A DNA stretch of 64,000 nt from Acidimicrobiia bacterium (GTDB lineage Bacteria; Acidobacteriota; Vicinamibacteria; Vicinamibacterales; SCN-69-37), in NCBI GenBank assembly GCA_045862915.1, contig BTVE01000005.1, positions 21,970 to 85,969 on the forward strand. Reading direction: 5' to 3'. Positions 41,601 through 51,654 of the stretch are shown one piece after another (positions within the stretch are counted from its first letter, which is position 1; each line of letters starts with the position of its first letter). A model generated the notes under the pieces. The model was not told where the DNA came from and did no database searches. It saw only the letters and a program-made list of their open reading frames with translations. The translations under genes and the position numbers were made by a program.

Positions 41601-42383
41601 TTATTTCAGCAGGGTGCGGGTGCCCTTGATCTTCTGGGTCGACAGGGTGCTGAGGAAGCCCGGAAGCAGCCGGTCCATCAGCTCGAAGTACGACGACAGC
41701 GGCGGCGTGTTGTTCTGGGCCGAATACAGGGTTTCTTCCCGGAACGACTCGCTGTAGAGCTGCACGCCCGTACGCCCGTCGATGAAGATGAACTTGGGGA
41801 CCAGCGCGAAGCCCTTGCGGTCTTCGTACTGCTTGACGTCCTGGACCGTTCGGCGACCGAACTGGTCAAACGTCTCCCGCGACCGCGTCACCATGCCGCT
41901 GCGCTGGACGTCGGTGAAGAGGATGGAACCCGTGATGATGAGCGGGGCCTGATACTCCTCGCCGAGCCGTTTCCAGTAGTCGACGTCCGCAAAGATTTCC
42001 TCGTACGGCTCCAGATCACGCTCGGTTTCGATCTTCGGGGCGTCTGTCGCGGAGGCGGCTGCCGGATCGGCTGGCGTGGCTTCACCCCGTGCGACCTTGC
42101 GCCGATCCACTTCCTGCACCAGCGACAACACGTCGGAGTCGACGACCCGCAGGTCCGAGCGGGTGCGGAGCTGGCTGCGCAGTAGGCGGACCGTCTCGCT
42201 GTTCACGTCGACGTCTTTCGAGCCCCCCGACACAAAGCCGAGCACGAGCACGCGCTGGAACGACGAGACATCGAGTTTGGCCTGGATGGGCGTCTCGATC
42301 CCGATGTCGTAGAACTTCAGGCAGCTGGACGCGCCAAGCGTCAGCGCCACACTAACGATCGCGGCGACGGTTCTGGCGGTCAT
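41601..42383 (-). CDS. Hypothetical lipoprotein
   Basis: MTARTVAAIVSVALTLGASSC lipoprotein-like signal; overlaps the end of the TPR gene. Confidence 0.65.
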   Translation of the reverse strand: MTARTVAAIVSVALTLGASSCLKFYDIGIETPIQAKLDVSSFQRVLVLGFVSGGSKDVDVNSETVRLLRSQLRTRSDLRVVDSDVLSLVQEVDRRKVARGEATPADPAAASATDAPKIETERDLEPYEEIFADVDYWKRLGEEYQAPLIITGSILFTDVQRSGMVTRSRETFDQFGRRTVQDVKQYEDRKGFALVPKFIFIDGRTGVQLYSESFREETLYSAQNNTPPLSSYFELMDRLLPGFLSTLSTQKIKGTRTLLK

Positions 42384-42738
42384 AAATCTCCCTGAACAGA
42401 TCGTAGTTCTGCTGGATGTAGGTGTTTTTCGGGTCGAGCGACTTGGCTTTTTCGTACGCCTTGAGCGCATCGGGGAACTTTCCCTGCTGCTCGTAGGCGA
42501 TACCGAGATTGTTCCAGGCCGACGAATAGGTCGGATCCAGCTCGACGGCTTTTTCCCAGCGGAACTCTGCCTCTTTCCAGAGCCCCTTCTGGGCGAGTTC
42601 AATGCCGAACTGCACCTGCTCCTTGGATTCGGACCGGCGATCGGCTGACAGGGGAGTGGTGAAGACGAGGGCGCACACCGCGATCACGACGGCAGCCACC
42701 GCCCGCTTGCTCCAGCGTGACGGAATTGGTGTCTTCAT
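42352..42738 (-). CDS. Small exported TPR protein
   Basis: Signal peptide; AVELDP..SAWNNLGIAYEQQG..A..AYEKA..LDP. Confidence 0.85.
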   Translation of the reverse strand: MKTPIPSRWSKRAVAAVVIAVCALVFTTPLSADRRSESKEQVQFGIELAQKGLWKEAEFRWEKAVELDPTYSSAWNNLGIAYEQQGKFPDALKAYEKAKSLDPKNTYIQQNYDLFREIYDRQNRRRDR

Positions 42739-42860
42739 AACGTTATTGTCCTCACTATACTCCCGTACGACCGTGTTCGGATGTCGGCAATTTGTGCAAT
42801 CTGCCTGCCGTTCACCATGGCAGGTTTTGCGCACCCTGCCCGGCCCGCCGGACTCCAGCC

Positions 42861-42876
42861 TGGCACCTGGGGTGCA
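42861..42876 (+). promoter_or_regulatory. Sigma-54 promoter before dprA
   Basis: TGGCACCTGGGGTGCA (GG-N10-GC). Confidence 0.6.
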
Positions 42877-42889
42877 CATCTGACCCGCC

Positions 42890-43966
42890 GTGACATCTCT
42901 TCTGGTGGACAGGCGACTCTCACGACTCGCGGCGGCGATGCTGCGGCCCGGGACCGACTCGCGTTCGGCGGCCTGGGTGAAGACCCACGTTCCAGCCGAA
43001 CAGCCAGTGGACCTCCACGCGCTGGCGGCTGCGGTTGAACCCGATCCCGGCAGGCACGCGGGGATGGTCCAGGCGGCCTGTGCCGCGGCGACCCGAGCCT
43101 ATGAACACGCCGACGCGGGCCGATGCCGGCTGTCTTTTGCGGGGGAGCCGGACTATCCCGCGCGGCTCGCGGAGATTGCCGACCCCCCTATCGTCTTGTG
43201 GGCGCGGGGCGCCGCTCCGCTGGACGGCAACGCCGTTGCCATCGTCGGGTCGCGCGCCGCAACGCCCGACGGACAACACATCGCCCGCGAACTTGCCGGC
43301 GAACTGGCGCGCCGCGGGTACGTCGTGGTGTCCGGCATGGCCGCAGGGATTGACGGCGCCGCGCACGCAGCCGCAGTGCAGGCGGGTGGGGTGTCGATTG
43401 GCGTGCTGGGGTGCGGCGTCGATGTTGTGTATCCGGCCAGGCACAAGGCGCTGGCCTCGGCGATGGTGGAACACGGCGTGCTCGTGAGCGAACTGCCGCT
43501 GGGCACGGGGCCGCGTCCGTACCATTTCCCGCTTCGCAATCGTGTGATCTCCGGGTTGTCCCGAGGAGTCGTGCTCATTGAAGCCGGCAAGGGCAGTGGG
43601 TCGCTGATCACTGCGCGTACCGCTTCCGAGCAGGGGCGTGACGTGATGGCCGTGCCCGGCAACGTCCGCACCGGACGCTCCAAGGGATGTCATGCATTGA
43701 TCCGTGACGGCGCGCGACTGATCGAGACGATTGATGACGTGCTGGAGGAGCTGGAAGGTCTCCAGCCACAGTCAGGCAGTGGAGAGACCCGCCCGTTGCC
43801 GCTCAGCCGCCTCGAGGCGACCATGGCGCCGTCGGCGTCGTACTCGCTGGATGACCTCGCGCAACTGACGGGGTGGTCGGGTACGGACCTGCTCGTTGAA
43901 TTGGCGCAGCTGGAAATTGAGGGTCGTGTGGCGCGTGATGCGGGTGGTCGTTTTGTGCGCGGGTGA
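42890..43966 (+). CDS. dprA: DNA-processing protein DprA
   Basis: AIVGSR, SGMAAGIDG, FPLRNRVISG, SGSLITA, C-terminal winged-helix-like region. Confidence 0.92.
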   Translation: MTSLLVDRRLSRLAAAMLRPGTDSRSAAWVKTHVPAEQPVDLHALAAAVEPDPGRHAGMVQAACAAATRAYEHADAGRCRLSFAGEPDYPARLAEIADPPIVLWARGAAPLDGNAVAIVGSRAATPDGQHIARELAGELARRGYVVVSGMAAGIDGAAHAAAVQAGGVSIGVLGCGVDVVYPARHKALASAMVEHGVLVSELPLGTGPRPYHFPLRNRVISGLSRGVVLIEAGKGSGSLITARTASEQGRDVMAVPGNVRTGRSKGCHALIRDGARLIETIDDVLEELEGLQPQSGSGETRPLPLSRLEATMAPSASYSLDDLAQLTGWSGTDLLVELAQLEIEGRVARDAGGRFVRG

Positions 43967-43989
43967 TCCCGCTGCTAAGTTTAGGAGCG

Positions 43990-45318
43990 ATGCCAGGAGT
44001 ACAGATCATCGGGGGAGGACTCGCCGGCAGCGAGGCCGCGTGGCAAGCCGCCGCGTTGGGTGTCGACGTGACCCTGTACGAGATGCGGCCCGTGCGCCCG
44101 ACTGCGGTCCATCAGACCGATCGGCTGGCCGAGCTGGTGTGCAGCAATTCGTTTCGCGGCGACAAACTCGACAACGCGGTTGGCCTGCTCAAGGAAGAGA
44201 TGCGCCGGCTTGGCTCCCTCATCATGCGCGTGGCTGACGAGGTGCGTGTGCCCGCCGGCGCGGCGCTTGCCGTCGATCGGCAGCTGTTTGCCGAACGCGT
44301 GACCGAGGCCATTACGCAGCATCCGCGCATCCGCGTCGAACGCACTGAGCTCACGACCATTCCGGAGTCCACCGCCGAATCCCCGGTCATCGTCGCGACC
44401 GGACCGCTGACGTCCGACGCGTTGTCCGCATCGATTGCCCAGTTCGTTGGCCGCGACCACCTGGCATTTTTTGATGCCATCAGCCCGATCGTGCTGGCCG
44501 AGAGCATCGACATGTCCAAGGTGTTCCGTGCGTCACGCTGGGATCGTAGCCTCGGTCCCGGCGAAGGGTCGCCTGGCGACTATCTCAACTGTCCGTTCAC
44601 CAAGGAGCAGTACCTCGCCTTTCATCAGGCGATCGTGACGGCCGAAAAGACCGAAGGGCACGACTTCGACAATACGAAGTTCTTCGAGGGCTGCCTGCCG
44701 ATTGAAGTGATGGCGCATCGCGGCGTGGATACGCTGCGGTTTGGGCCGATGAAGCCGGCCGGTCTCGACGATCCCCGGACGGGACGCTGGGCGTATGCGA
44801 TCGTGCAATTACGGCAGGACACCCTGGCCGGGGATCACTACAGTCTCGTGGGCTTTCAGACCCAGATGAAGTGGGGCGAGCAGGCGCGGGTGCTGCGAAT
44901 GATTCCCGGCCTCGAACACGCCGAGTTCGTGCGGTTCGGCATGATTCACCGCAACACCTACATCAATGGGCCAACGGTGTTGACCAGCACATGGCAAACC
45001 CGCACCCGGCCGCACTTGTTCTTTGCCGGTCAGGTGTCGGGGGTGGAGGGGTACGTGGAATCGGCCGCGTCAGGATTACTGGCCGGGCGCAACGCGGCGT
45101 TGATGGCCCTTGGGCGCGACCCGAGACCGGCTCCGCGCGAGACTGCGATCGGTGCTCTCGCCCACTACGTGTCGCATGCCGACCCCGCCCACTACGATCC
45201 GACCAACATCACCTTCGGGATCATGCCGCCGCTCGACGCCCCCCCAAAAGCCAAACATGACCGTCAACTGGCCATGAGCACCCGGGCGCTTGAGGCTCTG
45301 GCTGCGTGGTTGGGATGA
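43990..45318 (+). CDS. trmFO: FADH2/folate-dependent tRNA (uracil-5)-methyltransferase
   Basis: GGGLAGSEAA, ELVCSNS, FFEGCLPIE, GVEGYVES; AGGAG RBS. Confidence 0.95.
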   Translation: MPGVQIIGGGLAGSEAAWQAAALGVDVTLYEMRPVRPTAVHQTDRLAELVCSNSFRGDKLDNAVGLLKEEMRRLGSLIMRVADEVRVPAGAALAVDRQLFAERVTEAITQHPRIRVERTELTTIPESTAESPVIVATGPLTSDALSASIAQFVGRDHLAFFDAISPIVLAESIDMSKVFRASRWDRSLGPGEGSPGDYLNCPFTKEQYLAFHQAIVTAEKTEGHDFDNTKFFEGCLPIEVMAHRGVDTLRFGPMKPAGLDDPRTGRWAYAIVQLRQDTLAGDHYSLVGFQTQMKWGEQARVLRMIPGLEHAEFVRFGMIHRNTYINGPTVLTSTWQTRTRPHLFFAGQVSGVEGYVESAASGLLAGRNAALMALGRDPRPAPRETAIGALAHYVSHADPAHYDPTNITFGIMPPLDAPPKAKHDRQLAMSTRALEALAAWLG

Positions 45319-45343
45319 TGACGTAGTATGATGACGTCATCAT
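45315..45343. promoter_or_regulatory. Toxin-antitoxin operator: perfect 16-bp palindrome plus upstream half-site, overlapping TATGAT -10 and the start codon
   Basis: ATGATGACGT-agt-ATGATGACGTCATCAT. Confidence 0.75.
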
Positions 45344-45560
45344 GCGAACAATCGTAGAGATTCCGCGTGACCAACTCGCGGAGCTGGATGTCCTCTGCCG
45401 ACGCCAAGGCATCTCCAGGGCAGAGGCCATCCGTCGGGCGGTGGCTGCCATGCTGGTTGAACAGGGCCGTGGGCATTCTCAGGCGGCGTTCGGGTTGTGG
45501 AAGGACCGCGGCGACGAGCTCGAGGCCGCGGTCGAAGCGGTCAGGGACGAGTGGCGCTGA
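45342..45560 (+). CDS. Ribbon-helix-helix antitoxin (VapB-like)
   Basis: MRTIVEIP..QLAELD..ISRAEAIRRAV; AFGLWKDR; TGATG-coupled to the PIN gene. Confidence 0.85.
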   Translation: MRTIVEIPRDQLAELDVLCRRQGISRAEAIRRAVAAMLVEQGRGHSQAAFGLWKDRGDELEAAVEAVRDEWR

Positions 45561-45943
45561 TGTCCGCCCCCCGGGCATCGGTCGACGCAGTGTTCGACAC
45601 GAATATCCTGATCGACTACCTCGTTGGCCGCGATGAGGCGCTGCAGGCCTTCGAGCGATACCCTCGTCGAGCGGTGAGTGTGGTCACCTGGATCGAACTG
45701 CAGGTCGGCACGCGCAACGCCGATGAAGCAGATGTCGTGGAACTCTTCCTGCGCGAGTTTGCCTTGATCGATATCAACCGGCGCATTGCACGGACGGCAG
45801 TCGCCCTTCGGCGTCGGACCCGGATCCGCCTCCCCGAAGCGCTTATCTGGGCCACGGCGCAGATTGCAGGTGCGCCGCTGCTCACTCGCAACACCAGAGA
45901 TTTTCCTGAAGGCACGCCCGGCGTGGTGGTCCCGTACCTGTGA
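45560..45943 (+). CDS. PIN-domain toxin (VapC-like)
   Basis: FDTNILID, WIEL, LPEALIWATA, TRNTRDF. Confidence 0.88.
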   Translation: MSAPRASVDAVFDTNILIDYLVGRDEALQAFERYPRRAVSVVTWIELQVGTRNADEADVVELFLREFALIDINRRIARTAVALRRRTRIRLPEALIWATAQIAGAPLLTRNTRDFPEGTPGVVVPYL

Positions 45944-46887
45944 TGTTGCGGGATCACATCCGGGAGTTCCTGCAGTTCCTGAAACTCAACAGGAATGCGT
46001 CCGCGCACACCGTCCGGGCCTACGACACGGACCTGACCCAGCTGCTCGACCACACGGCAGGCATGCTGGGCCTCAAGCCAAGCCAGGTGCCGCTGTCTGC
46101 GCTCGACGCGGATGCGGTGCGTGCCTTCATGGATGAACTCCACGCGCGCGGACTTTCGCCGGCGTCCGCCGCGCGTCGTCACGCGGCGGCGCGCGCCTTC
46201 GCCAAGTATCTGGTGCGCGAAGGCCTGCTGGCCGACGACCCGACGCAGCTGGTCGGCACGCCGCGCAAGGAGCAACACCTGCCCGCACACCTCGACATTC
46301 CGCAGATGGACCGCGTGCTTGAGGTGCCTGATGCCACCGTCCCCGCCGGTCGGCGTGACCGCGCGATCCTGGAACTCTTCTATGCGTCAGGCCTTCGTCT
46401 GAGCGAACTCGCGGGGCTCGATCTGGAAGATGTCAACCTCAGCGGGCGGATTGTCCGGGTGCGCGGCAAGGGCGGCAAGGAGCGGCTGGTGCCGTTCAAC
46501 AATTCAACGGCGACTGCCCTGCGAGCAATGCTCAACGACACCCGGCAGATGGTGGAAGCACCGCCGTTGCGGAAGTCTGCTCGTCCAGGCGTGCACGCCC
46601 GCCGCCGCAACGCGCTGTTCCTGAATCTCCGCGGCCGCAGATTGACCACACGCAGCATTGATCGCATTGTGCGCGATGCCGCCGCCCGCGCCGGAGTGCC
46701 GGGCACGATCAGCCCACACGCACTCCGTCACACGTTTGCGACGCACCTGCTGCAGGCCGGCGCCGACCTCCGCGCGATTCAGGAGCTGCTGGGACACGCC
46801 CGGCTGAGTACCACACAGCGGTACACACACCTCGACCTCGGCCGCATCATGGACGTGTACCGCGCGAGCCACCCGCGCGCGAAGTAG
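45940..46887 (+). CDS. xerC: Tyrosine recombinase XerC
   Basis: SAHTVRAY, RDRAILELFYASGLR, GKGGKER, HALRH, LLGH..TTQRY; trmFO context. Confidence 0.85.
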   Translation: MMLRDHIREFLQFLKLNRNASAHTVRAYDTDLTQLLDHTAGMLGLKPSQVPLSALDADAVRAFMDELHARGLSPASAARRHAAARAFAKYLVREGLLADDPTQLVGTPRKEQHLPAHLDIPQMDRVLEVPDATVPAGRRDRAILELFYASGLRLSELAGLDLEDVNLSGRIVRVRGKGGKERLVPFNNSTATALRAMLNDTRQMVEAPPLRKSARPGVHARRRNALFLNLRGRRLTTRSIDRIVRDAAARAGVPGTISPHALRHTFATHLLQAGADLRAIQELLGHARLSTTQRYTHLDLGRIMDVYRASHPRAK

Positions 46888-48285
46888 TTACACCGCCAGC
46901 GGCTCGTGCAGCCGTCGCGATCGCGGGATTTCGATGTTGAGCACCTTGATCTTGTAGTTCATCACGCGTGGACTGATGCCGAGCAGGTCCGCGGCGTCCT
47001 TCTGCACCCAATTCGACATTTTCAGCGCCTCGACGACCGCCTGCCGTTCGATTTCTTCGAGTGCGATCCCGGTCGGCGGAATCTTGACGACCGATGGCCG
47101 TTCGCCGCTCGCCGAGGGCGCGTGTTCACCAATCTGCAGGTCTGCCAGCGTGACGGTATGCCCATCGGTGAGCAACACAGCGCGTTCGATCACGTTCTCC
47201 AGTTCGCGGATGTTGCCGGGCCAGTGGTGGCGCATCAGCACCTTCAGCGCCTCGGGATCGATGGCGTCCACCTTCTTCTTCAACTCGCCCGCATATCGCT
47301 TGACGAAGAACTCCGCCAGCGCCGCGATGTCGTCCTTGCGATCGCGGAGCGGGGGCATCTCGACCGACACAACATTGAGGCGGTAGAACAGATCCTCGCG
47401 GAACCGCCCGTCCTTCACCATCTGCGAGAGGTTGCGGTTGGTCGCGGTGATGATGCGCACGTCCACGCGCAACGTCCGCGTGCCGCCCAGCCGCTCGAAC
47501 TCGTGCTCCTGCAGCACCCGCAGGATCTTCGCCTGCGTGCTTGGGCTCATGTCGCCCACTTCATCGAGAAACAGCGTGCCGCCGTCCGCCTGTTCGAATC
47601 GTCCGATCCGCTGTTTGTCCGCGCTGGTGAACGCGCCCTTTTCGTGGCCGAACAGTTCCGACTCGAGCAGGTTCTCCTGCAGCGCCGCGCAGTTCACCTT
47701 GACGAACGCCTTGCTGGCCCGCAGCGAGTTGTGATGGATCGCGCCGGCGATCAATTCCTTGCCGGTGCCGGTCTCTCCCTTGATCATCACCGTCGAATTG
47801 CTGCGCGCCACCTTCTGCACGATCCCCAGCACCTGCTTGAGTGCGCCACTGGCACCGACGATGCGATCGAAGTCGTAGTTCTCCTGCTGGGCATGCCGCA
47901 GATAGTCCACCTGGTACTTGAGCCGACGGAGTTCGATCGCCTTCTCGATCTTCATCTCCATCTCTTCGATCTCGAACGGCTTCTGCACGAAGTCCACCGC
48001 GCCGATCTTCATGGCCTCGACGGCCGTGTTGATCGACCCAAACGCCGTCATCAGGATCACGGCAGCATGGGGCTGCAGACGGTCGGCCGTGCGCAGCACA
48101 TCGAGGCCGTCTGCGCCGCCCATCCGGAGGTCGGTCAGGACGACGTCGAACTGACTGTCCTGAAGGCGTTCGATCGCGGCCGTGCCGTTGGCCGCCTCCT
48201 CCACGTCATGGCCGGCGTTGGCGAGGGCCTTGACCAGGCCGCGTCGCAGTGAGTCGTGGTCATCGACGATGAGGATGCGTCCCAT
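46888..48285 (-). CDS. NtrC/AtoC-family sigma-54 response regulator
   Basis: REC (VDD, DLRM, KPF), GETGTGKE, GAFTSA, WPGNIREL, HTH. Confidence 0.93.
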   Translation of the reverse strand: MGRILIVDDHDSLRRGLVKALANAGHDVEEAANGTAAIERLQDSQFDVVLTDLRMGGADGLDVLRTADRLQPHAAVILMTAFGSINTAVEAMKIGAVDFVQKPFEIEEMEMKIEKAIELRRLKYQVDYLRHAQQENYDFDRIVGASGALKQVLGIVQKVARSNSTVMIKGETGTGKELIAGAIHHNSLRASKAFVKVNCAALQENLLESELFGHEKGAFTSADKQRIGRFEQADGGTLFLDEVGDMSPSTQAKILRVLQEHEFERLGGTRTLRVDVRIITATNRNLSQMVKDGRFREDLFYRLNVVSVEMPPLRDRKDDIAALAEFFVKRYAGELKKKVDAIDPEALKVLMRHHWPGNIRELENVIERAVLLTDGHTVTLADLQIGEHAPSASGERPSVVKIPPTGIALEEIERQAVVEALKMSNWVQKDAADLLGISPRVMNYKIKVLNIEIPRSRRLHEPLAV

Positions 48286-49483
48286 CGGTGTGCTCCGTGA
48301 GGTAATCGGGAATCGGCATGACCGGCAGGGTCACGCGGAACGTGGTGCCTCGCCCCGGTGCGGACGTGGCGTCAATGATGCCGTCGTGGGCGTCCACGAC
48401 CTTGCGGACGATGGACAGGCCCAGGCCGGTGCCTTTGGGTTTGGTCGTGAAAAACGGACTGAAGATGCGCTCGAGATCATCTTCCGAGATGCCGGGGCCG
48501 TTGTCCTGTACCTCGATGCGGACGAGGGCCGGCAGCGGGCGTCCGGCGCTCAGTGGCTCCGCGTCTTCGGGGACAAACGTCACACGGATATCCACCCGCG
48601 GCGTTTCTGGCTGATCTTCCATCGCTTCAAGTGCGTTGGTCACCAGGTTCGTGAACAGCTGCCGCAGCTGGTGCGGGTCGGCCATCAACTGTGGCACCGC
48701 CTCATCCACGCGGAGGTGGACGAGATGGGCGCCGCGATCGAGCGCCTCAATGGCGCTGCGGATCACGTCGGCCAATGCAATCTTCTCGACCTGCAGGCGA
48801 ATCGGGCGCACGAACTCCAGCACCTCGACGACGATGGCGTTGGCCATCTTGGATTCCTTGATGATGTCGCCAAGGGTCTCCATGGCGTCGGGGCGATCGG
48901 TGAGCTGACGCCGAAGCACGCCCGCCATGACCTCGATGGACGCGAGGGGATTTTTGACCTCGTGCGCGATGGCGGCGGCCATTTCTCCGAGGGTGGCGAG
49001 GCGGTCGCGGAGCCGTTCGCGTTCTTCGAGCTGCTCCACGCGCGTCAGGTCCTTGAAGAACAGCGTCAGTCCAATCCGCTCGCCCGCGTCGTCGTGGATG
49101 TGCGACATCGTGTATCCGATGGCGCGTCCTGTCTTGCGCAAACGGAGTTCCGCGCGATTGGGCAGGACGCTGGCGTCAATCGACGTCTCGAGGACACGTG
49201 CCACGTCCGGGCAATCGGCGAGCACTTCGACGAACGGCTTCCCGACGTCGCCCGCGTCCGGCTGCAATCCCAACACGCGGTAGGCGATGTCGTTCATGGC
49301 TGCCACGCGGCCGTCGGCCGTGATGGCGAGCACGCCGTTGTTGAGATTCATGAACAGGTTGCGGAAGAAGCGGTCGCTCAGTAGTGACGCGGCCGCACGT
49401 TTCCTGGGGGGTGTCGAACGTGTGGGTATCCGGCGGACGGACTTTTTGGGCGTGGACGAACGAGGCATGGGCGCTTCCGGCAT
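48260..49483 (-). CDS. Cytoplasmic PAS sensor histidine kinase
   Basis: AHEVKNPL H-box, NALEA, DNGPGI, FFTTK..GTGLGL. Confidence 0.92.
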   Translation of the reverse strand: MPEAPMPRSSTPKKSVRRIPTRSTPPRKRAAASLLSDRFFRNLFMNLNNGVLAITADGRVAAMNDIAYRVLGLQPDAGDVGKPFVEVLADCPDVARVLETSIDASVLPNRAELRLRKTGRAIGYTMSHIHDDAGERIGLTLFFKDLTRVEQLEERERLRDRLATLGEMAAAIAHEVKNPLASIEVMAGVLRRQLTDRPDAMETLGDIIKESKMANAIVVEVLEFVRPIRLQVEKIALADVIRSAIEALDRGAHLVHLRVDEAVPQLMADPHQLRQLFTNLVTNALEAMEDQPETPRVDIRVTFVPEDAEPLSAGRPLPALVRIEVQDNGPGISEDDLERIFSPFFTTKPKGTGLGLSIVRKVVDAHDGIIDATSAPGRGTTFRVTLPVMPIPDYLTEHTDGTHPHRR

Positions 49484-49506
49484 CAAGGTGCAGCCCTGTC
49501 GCTCAG

Positions 49507-49521
49507 GCAAGGGCCGTACCG
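49507..49521 (-). promoter_or_regulatory. Sigma-54 promoter of the kinase/regulator pair
   Basis: CGGTACGGCCCTTGC (GG-N10-GC). Confidence 0.6.
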
Positions 49522-49626
49522 ATGCAAAAGTACGCGCTGACACACAAAAGTGTCATCGCTGGCGCGGTGTTGGTGGTCCGGAGCGACGTTGGCGATTACA
49601 AAATGAGACTGTGAATAACAATATTG

Positions 49627-51615
49627 TTATTCTTGCAGGGACTCCCACGCATTCATGAGATCGCCGACTTCCCACATGAGCGTCTGGTGGCGCGCGACGG
49701 CGGCATCCGCGGCCGTGCGGTCGTCATAAAACGCCGGCTCGGCCATCCGGGCTTCCAGTGCCTTGATTTCACTCTCGTGGGCGGCGATGCGCGCCTCGAG
49801 GTCGGCAATGCGTGCCTCGCGTTCCGCCTGGGCGCGCCGGGCCTTGCGCGCCTCGGCGTCTGCCTCACGCTTCTGCTGGTAGGACTGCTTCGGCGTGGGC
49901 GGAGGAGCCTCTGTCTGTGTCGGCCCGGTTGCTGCGGGCTTTGGGGGGTTTGTGGGCGCCGCTGCCGCCCGTGCTGGTGCTGCCGGAGGCGACGCCGCTG
50001 CTGCGTTGGCGCGCGCCTCCTTGCTCCACAAGTACTCGGCGTATGTGCCGGGGTAGACCACGGCGGTGCCGTGTCCGACTTCGATGATCTTGGTGGCCAG
50101 TCGATCCACGAAATAGCGGTCGTGCGACACGAAGATCAAGGTGCCGCCAAAATCGGCGAGTGCTTCCAGCAGCACGTCCTTGGAATCAAGATCGAGATGG
50201 TTCGTCGGTTCGTCAAGCAGCAACGTGTTCGCCGGCTGCAGCAGCATGCGCGCCACCGCGAGGCGTGTGCGCTCGCCGCCCGACAACACGCCGCACTTCT
50301 TGTAGATGTCGTCGCCAGCAAACAGGAATCCGCCGAGGATGTTCCGGATCATCGGCACCATGCCGATGGGCGAGTCGGCTTCGAGCGTCTGGTACACCGT
50401 GCGGGTGGGGTCGAGCCGGTTCGCTTCATCCTGCGCGAAGTACTGCATCACCACCTGATGCCCTTCCCGCCGTGAGCCCCGATCGGGCGCCTCGGCACCC
50501 GACAACATCCGCATCAACGTGGACTTGCCCGCGCCGTTGGGCGCCACCAACGCAATGCGATCACCACGTTCGACATGGAGGGAGAGATCGTTGAACACCA
50601 CCAGGTCGCCGTAGGCCTTGTGCGCGTTGGCCAGCTCAATCACCATGCGGCCGGACTTCGGGCAGGACGGAAACGTGAAGTGCACACGTTTCCGTTCCGG
50701 CGGGACCTCGATGATCTCGACCTTGTCGAGCATCTTGATGCGGCTCTGGACCTGCGCGGCTTTTGTCGCCTGATACCGGAAGCGATCGATGAACGCCCGC
50801 ATCCGCGCGATCTCATCGTCCTGCTCCTGCTTGGCCTTGCGGAGGCGTTCCATTCGCGCGTCGTATTCGACGAGGTACTTCGAGTACGAGCCCACGTAAT
50901 CCGTGATCGTGCGCAGCGACAGGTCCGCGATCTTGGTCACGACCGCGTCGAGGAAGTAGCGATCGTGCGAGACGAGAATGACGGGATGGGGATACGCGAC
51001 GAGGTAGTCCTCCAGCCAGTTGCGCGCGTCGAGGTCCAGGTGGTTGGTGGGTTCGTCGAGCAGCAACAGACCCGGTCGGGTCAGCAGGAGTTTGGCCAGT
51101 GCAATGCGCATCTGCCAGCCACCTGAAAACGCTTCCGCGGGTTTCTGGTGGTCGGCGCGTGAGAAGCCGAGACCATCAAGCACCTGCGTCACCCGCAGGT
51201 CGATGCTGTGGCCTTCCTCATGACGGAAATATTCGGTGAGGTCGTGGTACCGCTCGAGCAGGCGCTCGTGTTCGCCGTCAGGCAGCGACGGATCCGCCAG
51301 CGACGATTCGATCGCGGCCATCTCGTCGCGGGCATCCAGCAGCGGCTTGAATGCCTGGGATACTTCGTCGGCGAGCGGCCGGCCGGCGTGTTCGAGGCCG
51401 TCCTGCGGGAGGTACCCGATGGTCAGCCCGGACGGTTTGATGATGACGCCGGAGTCCGGCTCGTCTAAGCCCGCGAGCATGCGCAGCAGCGTGGTCTTGC
51501 CGGCACCGTTGGGACCGCACAGGCCAACGCGATCTCCACTGGACACCTGCCAGGTGACGTTGTCGAGCAGGACACGTTCGCCGAATCGTTTGGTGAGGCC
51601 GGACAGCTGGATCAT
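49627..51615 (-). CDS. ABC-F family ATPase
   Basis: Two ABC domains, FSGGW..DEPTNHLD and LSGGE..DEPTNHLD, no TM segments, C-terminal coiled coil. Confidence 0.93.
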   Translation of the reverse strand: MIQLSGLTKRFGERVLLDNVTWQVSSGDRVGLCGPNGAGKTTLLRMLAGLDEPDSGVIIKPSGLTIGYLPQDGLEHAGRPLADEVSQAFKPLLDARDEMAAIESSLADPSLPDGEHERLLERYHDLTEYFRHEEGHSIDLRVTQVLDGLGFSRADHQKPAEAFSGGWQMRIALAKLLLTRPGLLLLDEPTNHLDLDARNWLEDYLVAYPHPVILVSHDRYFLDAVVTKIADLSLRTITDYVGSYSKYLVEYDARMERLRKAKQEQDDEIARMRAFIDRFRYQATKAAQVQSRIKMLDKVEIIEVPPERKRVHFTFPSCPKSGRMVIELANAHKAYGDLVVFNDLSLHVERGDRIALVAPNGAGKSTLMRMLSGAEAPDRGSRREGHQVVMQYFAQDEANRLDPTRTVYQTLEADSPIGMVPMIRNILGGFLFAGDDIYKKCGVLSGGERTRLAVARMLLQPANTLLLDEPTNHLDLDSKDVLLEALADFGGTLIFVSHDRYFVDRLATKIIEVGHGTAVVYPGTYAEYLWSKEARANAAAASPPAAPARAAAAPTNPPKPAATGPTQTEAPPPTPKQSYQQKREADAEARKARRAQAEREARIADLEARIAAHESEIKALEARMAEPAFYDDRTAADAAVARHQTLMWEVGDLMNAWESLQE

Positions 51616-51654
51616 GAGTCGAACGGCAGGCCCCGCGCCGCCGCGGGGGCGCGA

